A stretch of 64,000 nucleotides of DNA from Capsulimonadaceae bacterium. GTDB lineage: Bacteria > Armatimonadota > Armatimonadia > Armatimonadales > Capsulimonadaceae. Location of the stretch: positions 2,688,001-2,752,000 of the forward strand of contig OZ244065.1 in NCBI GenBank assembly GCA_965215505.1, written 5' to 3'. Position numbers and translations under genes: made by a program. The notes beneath the pieces were generated by a model. It ran no database searches. It saw nothing but the letters and a program-made list of their open reading frames with translations, and was not told the DNA's origin. This document shows positions 19,362 to 29,000 of the stretch, piece after piece. Every line of letters begins with the position of its first letter. The stretch's first letter is position 1.

Positions 19362-20564
19362 TTACACCCTTTCTGTGGTGTGACCCGCCACGAGGCGGCG
19401 GGCCGAGTCCCGGACGATGAGTTCGGTCGGGAGGATCTCCATCCCGTGCGGGCGGCAGTTGCCCTGCACGGACTGGAGAAGACGCTGGGCGGCCCGGCGG
19501 CCCAGACGGTAGACGGGCTGGCGAACGGTCGTCAGCGGCGGAGTCAGGTGGGCGGCGGACAGGGGATCGTCGAAGGCCACCAGAGAGATGTCTTCGGGCA
19601 CGCACAGGCCGTGCCGCCGCAGGACACGCAGGGTCGCCAGCGCCATGAGGTAGTCGCAGGCGAAGATCGCCGTCGGCAGGGTCCCGGCGGCGCGCGCCCG
19701 CAGCAGCCAATCCTCGATCTGGTCCTCGAACCGGCCGCTGTCGTGGGTCGGGAACAGCACCATGTCGCATGGCGAGGTCGGCACGCCCGCCGCCGCCATC
19801 GCGCGGCGGTAGCCTTCCAGGCGGTCGTGGTGATTGGAGTTCGCCGTCGCCAGGTTGACGACGGCGATGCGCCGGTGTCCCAGGCCGAGCAGGTGCCGGA
19901 CGGCCTCGGACGCGCCGCGCACGTTGTCGGTGTCCACGCAGGGCAGGGCGGCGTCGGCCGGGTCGGTCGAGGAAAGCCCCGCCGCCACGAACAGGGCACC
20001 CTCGGCAGTCAGGCGGTGCAGGACGGGCAGGTCGTCACGCGAGGGCGCGATCACGATCATGCCGTCCAGCCCCGAGTCCCGGTAAAAGCCTCCATACTCG
20101 CCGCGCCGCAGGGAGGCATAAAGAGTCTCCACGGGCTGGCCGAGGATGCCGTCCCGGATGCCCTGGAACAGCGGGCCGTAGTAGAAGTTGTCGCCCCAGC
20201 CCTCTTCCGGCGGCCCGCCCGGCGTCATCCGTTCCAGCACGACGCCCAGCCGCAGGGCGCGCGGCGGGGCGGCGAAGCGCAGGGCGAGTGGGCCGGCAGT
20301 CGGCCCCTGCGACCCCGGAACCGGGGCGACGAAGGTGCCGCTCCCCTTGGCGGAGTGGAGGAGGCCGCCGCGCACCAGGCCGAGGATGGCCTTGTCGAGC
20401 GTGACACGGGTGGTGGCGAACTCGGCGCACAGGCGGCTGCGGCTGGGGAGGGCCTGGCCGACGGCCCAGGTGCCGTCGCTGATGCGCTCGCGCAGCGCAT
20501 TCTCGATGCGCTGATAGAGCGGAAGGGCTGCTTCTTCGGTTGTGCCTTCAACGACGAGCGGCAT
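19362..20564 (-). CDS. GntR-HTH + LacI-type sugar-binding domain transcriptional regulator (AraR-like)
   Basis: LPLYQRI..L..RI..G.W..GQALPS, GSGTFV; then [38 protein letters not shown]. Confidence 0.9.
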   Translation of the reverse strand: MPLVVEGTTEEAALPLYQRIENALRERISDGTWAVGQALPSRSRLCAEFATTRVTLDKAILGLVRGGLLHSAKGSGTFVAPVPGSQGPTAGPLALRFAAPPRALRLGVVLERMTPGGPPEEGWGDNFYYGPLFQGIRDGILGQPVETLYASLRRGEYGGFYRDSGLDGMIVIAPSRDDLPVLHRLTAEGALFVAAGLSSTDPADAALPCVDTDNVRGASEAVRHLLGLGHRRIAVVNLATANSNHHDRLEGYRRAMAAAGVPTSPCDMVLFPTHDSGRFEDQIEDWLLRARAAGTLPTAIFACDYLMALATLRVLRRHGLCVPEDISLVAFDDPLSAAHLTPPLTTVRQPVYRLGRRAAQRLLQSVQGNCRPHGMEILPTELIVRDSARRLVAGHTTERV

Positions 20565-20611
20565 TGCAAAGATTCTTTCAGACTACGCGCGGGCTGTAGG
20601 AAAACGAGCTT

Positions 20612-20660
20612 GACTAGTTCAGGACTAGTTCATTATAAGGCCATTCCGAACAGTTGTCAA
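20612..20660 (-). promoter_or_regulatory. Consensus sigma70 promoter of the regulator-pilin operon, with a tandem ACTAGT operator-like repeat
   Basis: Minus strand TTGACA (20655-20660), 17 bp, TATAAT (20632-20637); GACTAGTTCA repeated at 20612 and 20623. Confidence 0.8.
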
Positions 20661-20954
20661 GGTTTTATTACAATCCAACACAATTATTTTTTTGCCAGCT
20701 TTCGGGCTGCGACAAGGCATTATTTTATATAAACAATCGGCATTAGCTGTCAGCAGAGTATAGCCCCTTGACTCCTCCTGATCGGCCACCCCTGGTAACT
20801 CTGACAGGACGGCCCGGACGCAGGCGAGAAGGTCCCCTGCGATTTGGCGGGGGCGGGACGGCTGACGAGGTCAAGCAGCCTAGTCGGCATCGCGGTACAG
20901 TCCTAGGGAGGTACGGTGATAAGAAAAGAGTGGCACGGGGTATTTGTTATTTGC

Positions 20955-22730
20955 ATGCGTAACCCTTTCTCACGCGGTCGGCTGCTCCCACTCCTGACCA
21001 TCCCGGCGGCGGCGGTGGTGATCGCCCTCGCAGCTCTGTTCGTGCCGGGCAGCCGCCAGGCCCCGCCGCCCGGCCCCCCGCCCGACCTCAGCCGGTTCCT
21101 GCCGAAGCCGCCGCCTGCCCCCCTCCACGGGACGGACGCCGACGCACGCTTCGTGGATGTAGCAGGTCCGGCGGGGCTTCACTACCGGTGGACCATCCCC
21201 GGCCCCCGCCCCATAGACATCTTGCAGGGCATCGGCAACGGGTGCGCCTTCCTGGACTACGACAACTCCGGGAACCTCTCCGTCCTCCTCGTCGGAACCG
21301 ACCATGTCGCCGTCTACAAAGGAGACGGGCGCGGCCACTTTGCCGACGTGTCCCACGCCACCGGGCTAGACACGCTGCGCGGGCACTTCCTGGGCTGCGC
21401 CGTCGGCGACTACGACAACGACGGCTACGACGACCTGTACCTCAGCGGCTACCGCACCGGCCTCCTGCTCCACAATGAGCGCGGCAAACGCTTCCGGGAC
21501 GTGACCCAGGAGGCCGGACTGAGGCCCCAGCCCTGGGGCACGTCGGCGGCCTTCGGCGACGTGGACGGCGACGGCAGGCTCGACCTCTACGTCGCAGGCT
21601 ATGTGGACTATGACCCCGCCCTCCCCCGGAAGTATGCCCGGCTCTGCGCCTGGAGCCTCGTCGAAGGTGCCTGCCCCCCCGAGCGTTACACCGCCCTGCG
21701 GGGAGTCCTGTACCACAACCTGGGGGCGGGTAGGTTCGAGGACGTGACGGACCGGTGGGGCGCGGACCGCGCCCACGGCAAAGGATTAGGCGCTGCGTTC
21801 GCCGACTACGACGGCCGGGGCCGCCAGAGCCTCGCCGTCGCCAATGACAGCCAGCCGGGCGACCTCTTCCAGAACCAGGGCGGCCGGTTCCGCGAGATCG
21901 GGGCAGGGGCTGGGACCGCCCTGGCCGACGGCCGCCCCTACTCCGGGATGGGCCTGGACTGGGGGGACTACGACAACGACGGCCGCCTGGACCTCGCGGT
22001 CGGCACATTCGAGACGCAGCAGAAGTGCGTCTACCATAACCTCGGCGGGGGCCTCTTTGAAGAAACCTCGTCCAAACTGGGCGTCACGGCCGGGGCGTAC
22101 CCTTACGTCACCTTCGGGGTCAAGTGGCTGGACTTCGACAACGGCGGCTGGCTGAGTCTGATGATCGCGAACGGACACGTCCAGGACAACGCCGCGCGGA
22201 TCGAGAAGGGCGGCTCCTACCGCCAGCCGCCCCAGATATTCGCGGGCGGCCGCGGGGCGAGTGGGCGCGGGAAGCGCCTGCTGGACATCAGCCGGGGGGT
22301 CGGGCCAGCCTTCCGCCGGGGCATCGTGGGGCGCGGCCTCGCCGTCGGCGACTTTGACAACGACGGCCGCGTGGACGCCCTGGTCGTGGACAGCGAGGGC
22401 GCACCCCTCCTGCTCCGCAACGAGACGCGCCGCGCCGGCCACTGGCTCACGGTCACGCTGGTCGGGACGCGCAGCAACCGGGACGGCTACGGGGCACTCG
22501 TGACGGTCCACACCTCGACGCCGGCGGGCGGGCTGACCCAGACGCGGCTCTGTCACGCCGACGGCTCCTACCTGTCCTCCTCCGACAGGCGCGTCCACAT
22601 CGGCCTGGGCGCGGCCACCGTCGCCGACACGGTGCGGGTCCGCTGGCCGGATGGCCACGCGGACACCTTCCGCGCAGTCCGGGGGGACCGGCAAGTCGTG
22701 ATCCGCGAGGGCCGGACGGCCACGCCCTGA
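20955..22730 (+). CDS. CRTAC1 family protein (FG-GAP + ASPIC/UnbV), paralog of 16307-18130, N-terminal membrane anchor
   Basis: Same motif series as the first copy; hydrophobic N-terminal segment and Pro-rich linker. Confidence 0.85.
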   Translation: MRNPFSRGRLLPLLTIPAAAVVIALAALFVPGSRQAPPPGPPPDLSRFLPKPPPAPLHGTDADARFVDVAGPAGLHYRWTIPGPRPIDILQGIGNGCAFLDYDNSGNLSVLLVGTDHVAVYKGDGRGHFADVSHATGLDTLRGHFLGCAVGDYDNDGYDDLYLSGYRTGLLLHNERGKRFRDVTQEAGLRPQPWGTSAAFGDVDGDGRLDLYVAGYVDYDPALPRKYARLCAWSLVEGACPPERYTALRGVLYHNLGAGRFEDVTDRWGADRAHGKGLGAAFADYDGRGRQSLAVANDSQPGDLFQNQGGRFREIGAGAGTALADGRPYSGMGLDWGDYDNDGRLDLAVGTFETQQKCVYHNLGGGLFEETSSKLGVTAGAYPYVTFGVKWLDFDNGGWLSLMIANGHVQDNAARIEKGGSYRQPPQIFAGGRGASGRGKRLLDISRGVGPAFRRGIVGRGLAVGDFDNDGRVDALVVDSEGAPLLLRNETRRAGHWLTVTLVGTRSNRDGYGALVTVHTSTPAGGLTQTRLCHADGSYLSSSDRRVHIGLGAATVADTVRVRWPDGHADTFRAVRGDRQVVIREGRTATP

Positions 22731-22746
22731 CCGGCGGGGACGCACC

Positions 22747-22783
22747 AAAAAAGCGCCCGCCGCCGGGATCGGCGGCGGGCGCT
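22747..22783 (-). terminator. Intrinsic terminator between convergent genes
   Basis: AGCGCCCGCCGCCG-GGAT-CGGCGGCGGGCGCT stem preceded by A6 (U-tract on the minus strand). Confidence 0.8.
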
Positions 22784-22810
22784 CGTCAGAGGCGCGCGGG
22801 AGAGGCGGCC

Positions 22811-23635
22811 CTAATCGTAGCTGAAAGTGCCGGTGAAGGTGCTGTTGGTGGTGTTGGCCGCCAGCGTCCCGTCAGTCTTGCCGGGGTCGCCGGGCGTCGG
22901 GTTGTCCGGGCCGCCCGAGATGGCGGTGGAGTGCAGCCACTTGACGTGGCCGTCGCCGAACAGGTAGTTCGCGCCGTCCGAGTGCCGCCCGGTCCGCGCC
23001 TTGTAGTAGCCCGCGGTCGGGTAGTAGATGTTGGCGCTGTTGAAGCTCGTCTGGGCCGGGATGCTGCCGAAGACGCCCGTGTCATAGAGGCTGCGGTAGG
23101 CAGGGGCACCCGCGCCGTTGCCCGCCGCCGAGTCGCCTTCCAGCGGGTTGGTGGGGTCACAGGGGTCGGAAACGCTCTCATACAGGATGACTGTATTGGC
23201 GGGCGACTGGAACTTGGACAGGGCCAGGGGGAAGACGGCGTTGGCGCTGCCGTTCCACCCGCTCGTGTCCAGGTTGGAGTTCAGGCCATACGAGACGTGA
23301 TTGCCGGTCGTGCTGTCGTCGGGGCACTGGTAGACGCCGGTGGCTTTGACGAACGGGTAAAGCTGCGAGGCCCAGCCCCGGCCGTTCTGGTAGGAGCCTT
23401 GCGTTCCCGGCGGCATCAGCTCATCGGCATCCTGCTGGTACTGCGTGACGGCCAGCCCGAGCTGCTTCTCATTGGACTGGCAGGAAGCGCGGCGGGCGTT
23501 CTCGCGGACCTTCTGGAAGACCGGGAAAAGAATCGCCGCCAGTATGGCGATGATGGCGATGACGACGAGCAATTCGATGAGCGTGAAGCCTTTGAGGCTG
23601 CGGCGGCCTGGCCGCTGTGTGATTTCGCTGTGCAT
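22811..23635 (-). CDS. Prepilin-type DUF1559 / H-X9-DG protein (alternative GTG start 23650)
   Basis: [66 protein letters not shown]. Confidence 0.9.
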   Translation of the reverse strand: MHSEITQRPGRRSLKGFTLIELLVVIAIIAILAAILFPVFQKVRENARRASCQSNEKQLGLAVTQYQQDADELMPPGTQGSYQNGRGWASQLYPFVKATGVYQCPDDSTTGNHVSYGLNSNLDTSGWNGSANAVFPLALSKFQSPANTVILYESVSDPCDPTNPLEGDSAAGNGAGAPAYRSLYDTGVFGSIPAQTSFNSANIYYPTAGYYKARTGRHSDGANYLFGDGHVKWLHSTAISGGPDNPTPGDPGKTDGTLAANTTNSTFTGTFSYD

Positions 23636-23657
23636 GGTTGGTGTAGGCACCCTTTCT

Positions 23658-23726
23658 GACTAGTCCTGATTGTGGTAATACTTAACCTGACTAGTCTATT
23701 ATGAATTCAAAAACAAAACTTGTCAA
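23658..23726 (-). promoter_or_regulatory. Sigma70 promoter of the second pilin-like gene, with two GACTAGTC palindromes
   Basis: Minus strand TTGACA (23721-23726), 17 bp, CATAAT (23698-23703); GACTAGTC at 23689-23696 and 23658-23665. Confidence 0.75.
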
Positions 23727-23773
23727 GCGTTTAGACCACAGTAAATGTCCTATATTCGCCGAGCCGATTTCCC

Positions 23774-23816
23774 TTGACATACCTCGGATAGTAGCATATA
23801 ATAAGCTCACTAGTGA
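23774..23816 (+). promoter_or_regulatory. Consensus sigma70 promoter of the PadR operon, followed by a TCACTAGTGA palindrome
   Basis: TTGACA 23774-23779, 17 bp, TATAAT 23797-23802; palindrome 23807-23816. Confidence 0.8.
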
Positions 23817-23830
23817 ACGGAGGAGCCCCA

Positions 23831-24184
23831 TTGGACGACGAACGGGAACTGCTGAAGGGCAACACGCCGACCCTCGTGCTGGCCGTCCTGGAGGACGCGC
23901 CGCAGCACGGCTACGCCATCGCGCGGGAGATCAACCGGCGCAGCGGCGACGCCCTGCGCTGCAAGCAGGGCACCCTGTACCCGGCCCTGCACGCTTTGGA
24001 GCGCGACGGCCTCATCACAGGGGCGTGGGAAACCGGCGGCGGGGAGCGCCCGCGCAAGGTCTACGCACTCACCGACGCGGGCCGGGCCGAGCTGATCCGG
24101 CGCGTCCGCGCCTGGGACGCCTTTTCTCATGCCATCGGGCAAGTGATCGGAGGGGCGAGCCGTGAGCCAGCCGCAGAAGCTTAG
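23831..24184 (+). CDS. PadR family transcriptional regulator
   Basis: ELLKG..LVLAVL....HGYAI..EI, GTLYPALH.LE..GLI, RKVY.LT..GR; GGAGGAG RBS before TTG. Confidence 0.9.
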   Translation: MDDERELLKGNTPTLVLAVLEDAPQHGYAIAREINRRSGDALRCKQGTLYPALHALERDGLITGAWETGGGERPRKVYALTDAGRAELIRRVRAWDAFSHAIGQVIGGASREPAAEA

Positions 24185-24869
24185 AATGGCGGGAACGGAC
24201 GCGCCGGCCTACTCCTGGCCCGAAGACCCCCTCGTTGAGGACTATCTGGACCACCTCTGTGCCCCCCTCGTCGGCATCGTCCCGCTGGCCGAGCGGCGGG
24301 GCCTGCGCGCCGAGGTGCGCTCCCACCTGGAGGCCTTGGCCGCCGAGTACGGCTATGAAGGCAGGCCGCCCGCCGAGGCGACCGCCGCCGCCCTGCACGA
24401 GCTGGGCGAGCCGTGGCAGGTCGGACAGACCTTCCTCCGCGAGTGGCTGCAAGGGTCCCCCGACGCCGCCCCCGCCCGCCTGACCCGCGCGGCGGCCTGC
24501 CGCGCGTTCGCCTTCTTCGGCGTCGCCTCTCTCCCTTGCTGGGCACTGCTGGAACACCACGCCCTGGATGTCCCCGCCGCCACCGACCTGACCCCCTGGC
24601 TCCTAGCCGCGCTCGCGCCCTTGGCCGCCGGGACGCTCACCGGCCTCGCCCCGCAGCCCAGGACGGGACGCGGGCTGTGCTGGGCCGTGGGCGCGCTCAC
24701 CCTCCACGCCCTCGCCGCCTCCGCCACGCTGCTGCCCCAGATGGACGGCTTCGGCCTCGCCCTCTGCCTCCCCCTCTGGTGGCTGCCTGCCGGCTGGCTC
24801 TCGGCGACGGCGACCGCCCACCTCGTCCGCAGCCACCGCCGCGCGAGGTTCCTGAAATACGCGCTGTGA
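24162..24869 (+). CDS. Membrane protein with permease-prefix/HAAS-like N-terminal domain (PadR partner)
   Basis: EDYLD.L...L, EVRSHLE, A..AL.ELGEP..VG, followed by about four hydrophobic helices; overlaps padR. Confidence 0.7.
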   Translation: MSQPQKLRMAGTDAPAYSWPEDPLVEDYLDHLCAPLVGIVPLAERRGLRAEVRSHLEALAAEYGYEGRPPAEATAAALHELGEPWQVGQTFLREWLQGSPDAAPARLTRAAACRAFAFFGVASLPCWALLEHHALDVPAATDLTPWLLAALAPLAAGTLTGLAPQPRTGRGLCWAVGALTLHALAASATLLPQMDGFGLALCLPLWWLPAGWLSATATAHLVRSHRRARFLKYAL

Positions 24870-24909
24870 TGGGGCAATGGCCCCACCCCTAATCTCGGCG
24901 GCAGGACGT

Positions 24910-25021
24910 GTAGGGGCGCGATTGATCGCGCCCTCTTCCCTAACATGCGCCCGATGACAGACGCGCCCGATGACAAAAGGGCGCGGCAGAGAAAAAAGGG
25001 CGCGGCAAGCAGCGCCCCTAC
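24910..25021. repeat. GTAG-type REP pair with short internal duplications
   Basis: GTAGGGGCGCGATTGATCGCGCCC ... GGGCGCGGCAAGCAGCGCCCCTAC; internal CGCCCGATGACA x2 and AAAAGGGCGCGGCA x2. Confidence 0.75.
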
Positions 25022-25081
25022 GAAACATCGCCTTCCGGCTCCCCCGGAATTAGGACGGGGACCAGACCACAGGAAACGCCA

Positions 25082-25891
25082 ATGAAACGCCACGCCTTCA
25101 CGCTCATCGAACTGCTCGTCGTCATCGCCATCCTCGGCCTCCTGGCCGCCATCCTGTTCCCCGTCTTCGCCAAAGTGCGCGAGAACGGGCGGCGGACCGC
25201 CTGCCTGTCCAATGAGCGGCAGATCGGGATGGCGATGCTGCAATATACCGGTGATTACGACGGCCACTGGCATGACTGGGATTGGAAGAAGGTCAGCGAG
25301 ACGGGCTGGGCGCATGACGCCGCGTACCCCTACGTCAAGAGTGCGACGGCATTCCGCTGCACCGACGATCCCACGCAGGAGATCGTCCGCGCGGACCCAC
25401 AGTTCCCCGGCTTACGGCCGGCGACGCCCAACTCTTACGCGATCAATTCCGATCTTGACGAGTCGCTTGATGCCCAGCACCTTTCACCCTCGAAGACGGT
25501 CATGCTCTTCGAAGTGCGTAACTGTCAGGAATGCTTTCCGGGGAATCATTTCTACGGGACAGGTTCCATGGCGGGTGATGGAGCACAGGCGCTGAACTGC
25601 GGGCTGGTCGGCTGCCAGGACGTGGACGCGCAGTACGACACTGGGAACATCGGAGGCCGGCACGTCAACCTCAATGTTGATCGTCCGGGGCGTCACGCCG
25701 GTGGTGCAGACTATGTCGCCTGCGACGGCCATGCCGTGTGGCTACGGCCCGAGCAGGTGTCCGGCGGGACGAGCCAGCCGACCAACGGCTCTGCCTGCGG
25801 TCAGGACGATACAGCGGCGGGCTGCGGCGGCAAGGACACGGCGGCGGGGTCAGCCAACACCAAGTACGCCCTGACGTTCAGCATCCATTAG
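25082..25891 (+). CDS. Prepilin-type DUF1559 / H-X9-DG protein
   Basis: [65 protein letters not shown]. Confidence 0.9.
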   Translation: MKRHAFTLIELLVVIAILGLLAAILFPVFAKVRENGRRTACLSNERQIGMAMLQYTGDYDGHWHDWDWKKVSETGWAHDAAYPYVKSATAFRCTDDPTQEIVRADPQFPGLRPATPNSYAINSDLDESLDAQHLSPSKTVMLFEVRNCQECFPGNHFYGTGSMAGDGAQALNCGLVGCQDVDAQYDTGNIGGRHVNLNVDRPGRHAGGADYVACDGHAVWLRPEQVSGGTSQPTNGSACGQDDTAAGCGGKDTAAGSANTKYALTFSIH

Positions 25892-25915
25892 GACAAGAGA
25901 AGGGTATGCGGAAAG

Positions 25916-25979
25916 GAGGGCGCGATAAATCGCGCCCCTACATCCTGCCCCATAGGGGCGCACCCCCGTGTGCGCCCTC
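25916..25979. repeat. Two GTAG-type REP hairpins between convergent genes
   Basis: GAGGGCGCGATAAATCGCGCCCCTAC and ATAGGGGCGCACCCCCGTGTGCGCCCTC. Confidence 0.75.
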
Positions 25980-26015
25980 TTCTATCCTGCCTGCGCCCTC
26001 TTTTTCCTCCTCCTG

Positions 26016-29000
26016 TCATGGCACCGCCGTCCCCGCCGTCCTCCCATCGGGGAAAAGCTGGATTCCGTCGATCTTCGGCTCGTCCACCGACCCGCGCGTG
26101 AGGGCGATTCGGATGCGCCCGTCGCGCCCCGGCGCGAGGCCGGGGAAGTCGCGGACGACGGCCTTGTCCTTGCCGCCCGCCTCGGCGAAGATGTCGAAGT
26201 CGGTCAAGACGCGCCGCCGGTTGATGTCCACGTTGAAGCGCCGCTCGCCCGCCGCGTCGTAGGTGGTTTCGGCGAAGTGCAGGCGGACGGTGTAGGTCTG
26301 ACCGGCGGGCGGGAGCAGGCTATAGGTGCAGGCCCCCCAGCGCTCGGACTGATAAACGGCGGGCGGGGCGGCATTGGGGGCGCTGACGTCTACCGTGTCG
26401 GCGACGGTCTTAGTGTTGCCCCCCGTGTAGCCCGTGTCGGCGAGGAAGCCGCCTGGTCCGACGGGCGGGGGCGGGCCAAACGTGTAGAAGCCTGGCCCAT
26501 TGCCGCTGCCGCCGCAGCGGATGCTCAGGAGGCGCGGCGCGGCAGTGATGATTCCGGCCCGGACGGGCACCCGGACCGCCCCGGCGTTCGGGACGACCCG
26601 GACGGCGCTCGAGACCGTCGTGGCGGTCGGCTTGACCGTCACGTTCCAGCCGTCCACGGCCAGCACGGGCGGCTCGCCGCCCAAGTCCGACGCCTGCGCT
26701 TCGACGGTGATAGTCCGGCCCTCGCCGGGCAGGAGGGAGACGTAGTTGTCGCTGTAGAAGACCGGCAGGACCCGCGTATTGGAATGGGCCTTCCTCAGTT
26801 GCAGGTGTGCCATCAGGGCGACGGACTTTGCCGGGTTGTGCAGGGCGACGGTCAGGAAGCACTTCCCGCCCACGTCATGCCGCGCGGCGGTGGCAGTCAG
26901 TGTGACGGTCGGCAGCGTGTCCAGAGCTTGCAGGTCGTCCGGGTGGGCCGGGTCTGCGCGCCAGTAGAAGTTGTCCGAAAGCAGCTTATGCCCGGCGTCG
27001 CGCAGCTCGGTCTTGACGAAATGCACGGCGGAGAGCGCGGCGGGGAAGGCGATCGCGTCCGTGTCCGTGGCCGCGCTCGGGGCCGCCGTCAGCGTGTCCG
27101 AGTGCGTGTAGGCGAGGCTGGCGTCGAGGTTGTAGACGGAGGTTCGCGCCGTGACGCCCGCCAGCGCCGCCGCCGTGTTGTTGACGACGATGACGTGTCC
27201 GTCAGTTTCATTCATCTGGACATGGATAGGCTCGCAGGCGCGGCGCGTGGCGAACAGCGAGGCGCTCGGCTCCAAATCCCAGGAATAGAGCTGCCAGACG
27301 AACGAGGGCTGGGCCGGGTTGCTCATCCAGGTCAGCACACCCGTCGTCGGCCGGAATAGCTTGGCGCTCCGGCCCTCGTACATCGCCCGATACGCCTCAA
27401 AGTTCATCATCTGCGCCTTGCGGACGAAGTCGGCCAGGCTGAGGGCACGCCCGTAACGCGCGGCCAACGTGTCGGGATACCAGTCGCCGCCCTGCGCGCC
27501 GCGCAGGAAGTCGTGTTCGGCCCAGTCGTCGTTGATCGTGTTCCAATCTTTCTTAGGCATCATGCCCTGGACGGCTTCAAGCGTCGGCACGGACACCGAC
27601 CCGAGTTCGGTCTTGAACGCCTCCGTGTAGCGGTAATACTCGCGCGGCGCGCGCCAGAAGTACGGCCCGCCGGAGTTGACGCCACGCCCCGACGTGGAGG
27701 AGTGCTGGTAGAGCCGCTGCGGCTCCAGGGCGGTCATCAAAGCCTGGATGCCCTGGTCAATGGCGGGCTGCGGGTCGCCCTCGTTGCGCGCGCACCAGAG
27801 GGCGATGGAGGGGTGATTGCGGAAGCGCAGCATCTTCTCGCGGACATTGGCGAGGTACAGGGCGGCATCGTCCGGGTTCGGCCCGTCCGAAGGGTTCGGC
27901 TGGAAGAACTCATCCCAGACTAAAATCCCGTACTTGTCGCACAGGTCATAGAAGCCTTCGCTCGTACTCTGCCCGACCCAGTTGCGGATCATGGTGTAGT
28001 TGGCAAGTTTATGCATCCGCACCTGGGCGTTCAGACGTCTGAGGCCGATGCGCTTCATGGCCTCGTCCATGCCCCAGTCGCCGCCCTTGCAGAAGACGGG
28101 TACGCCGTTGACGACCAGGGTCAGGTTGTCCGAGCCGGGGACGGCGTAGGTGATGCTGCGGACGCCGAACGACACGTCCTGACCGTCCGAGGTTCCCGCC
28201 GCCGTCTCGAAGGCGAAATGCATCTTGTAAAGATTCTGCGGCCCGTAGCCGTTCGGCCACCACAGACGTGGGTTGGCGACATGGAGCGCGTGTGTCGTCG
28301 CAGGCGTCACCGTGACGGTCTTCGTCTCCATAGCGGCCAGTGTGACAGGCTGCCGGAAGACGATGCCGCTTGCGGCTTTCCCCGTTAGGACGCCCGATTG
28401 GGGCTGGTCGGTGATGTTCCGCACCGTCGCCGTGACGGACAGGTCGGCGCTGTCGGTGCGCGGCAGGGGCAGTGTGGAGGCCACGAACGGGTCGGAGACG
28501 GTCACCGGACCCGTCGCCAGCACCGTGACGCCCTGCCACAGCCCCATGTCGCGGTCGCGGATGCCGGGTATCCAGTCCCAGCCCACCGTGCAGAGGAACG
28601 TCGGGCCGTCCCGCGCCGTCTCGCCGCCGTTCCTGCCGGTACCCGCCGCGACCGTCTGCTCCTCCGGTGCGCCCGGATGCGGCAGCGGCAGTATCCGCAC
28701 GGCCAGCGCCCCCGCCTGCCCCGGCGTCACATACGCGGTCACGTCGAACAGGCCCCGCGCGAAGGCCCCCCGGACCGTCCCCGCCGGGTGCCCGTTGACC
28801 CACACCTCGGCGGCGTAGTTGACGCCGTCGAACCGCAGCCAGACGTGTCTGCCCGCGTAGGACGCCGGAACGGTCAGCGCCCGGCGATACCAATAGGCCG
28901 TCCGGCACAGGCTCTCGGGTATCTTGTCCGGCCGGTTGTTCTCCCCGTACAGCGGCTCCGGGTAGACGCCGTCGGCTACCAGCGAGGTCAAGACGGTGCC

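Noticed and set aside
20780-20910. Hairpins and a CTGACGAG motif upstream of the second CRTAC1 gene as a ribozyme or riboswitch
   Set aside because: No GAAA core or consistent stems for a hammerhead, and no recognisable riboswitch consensus; would need an Rfam scan.
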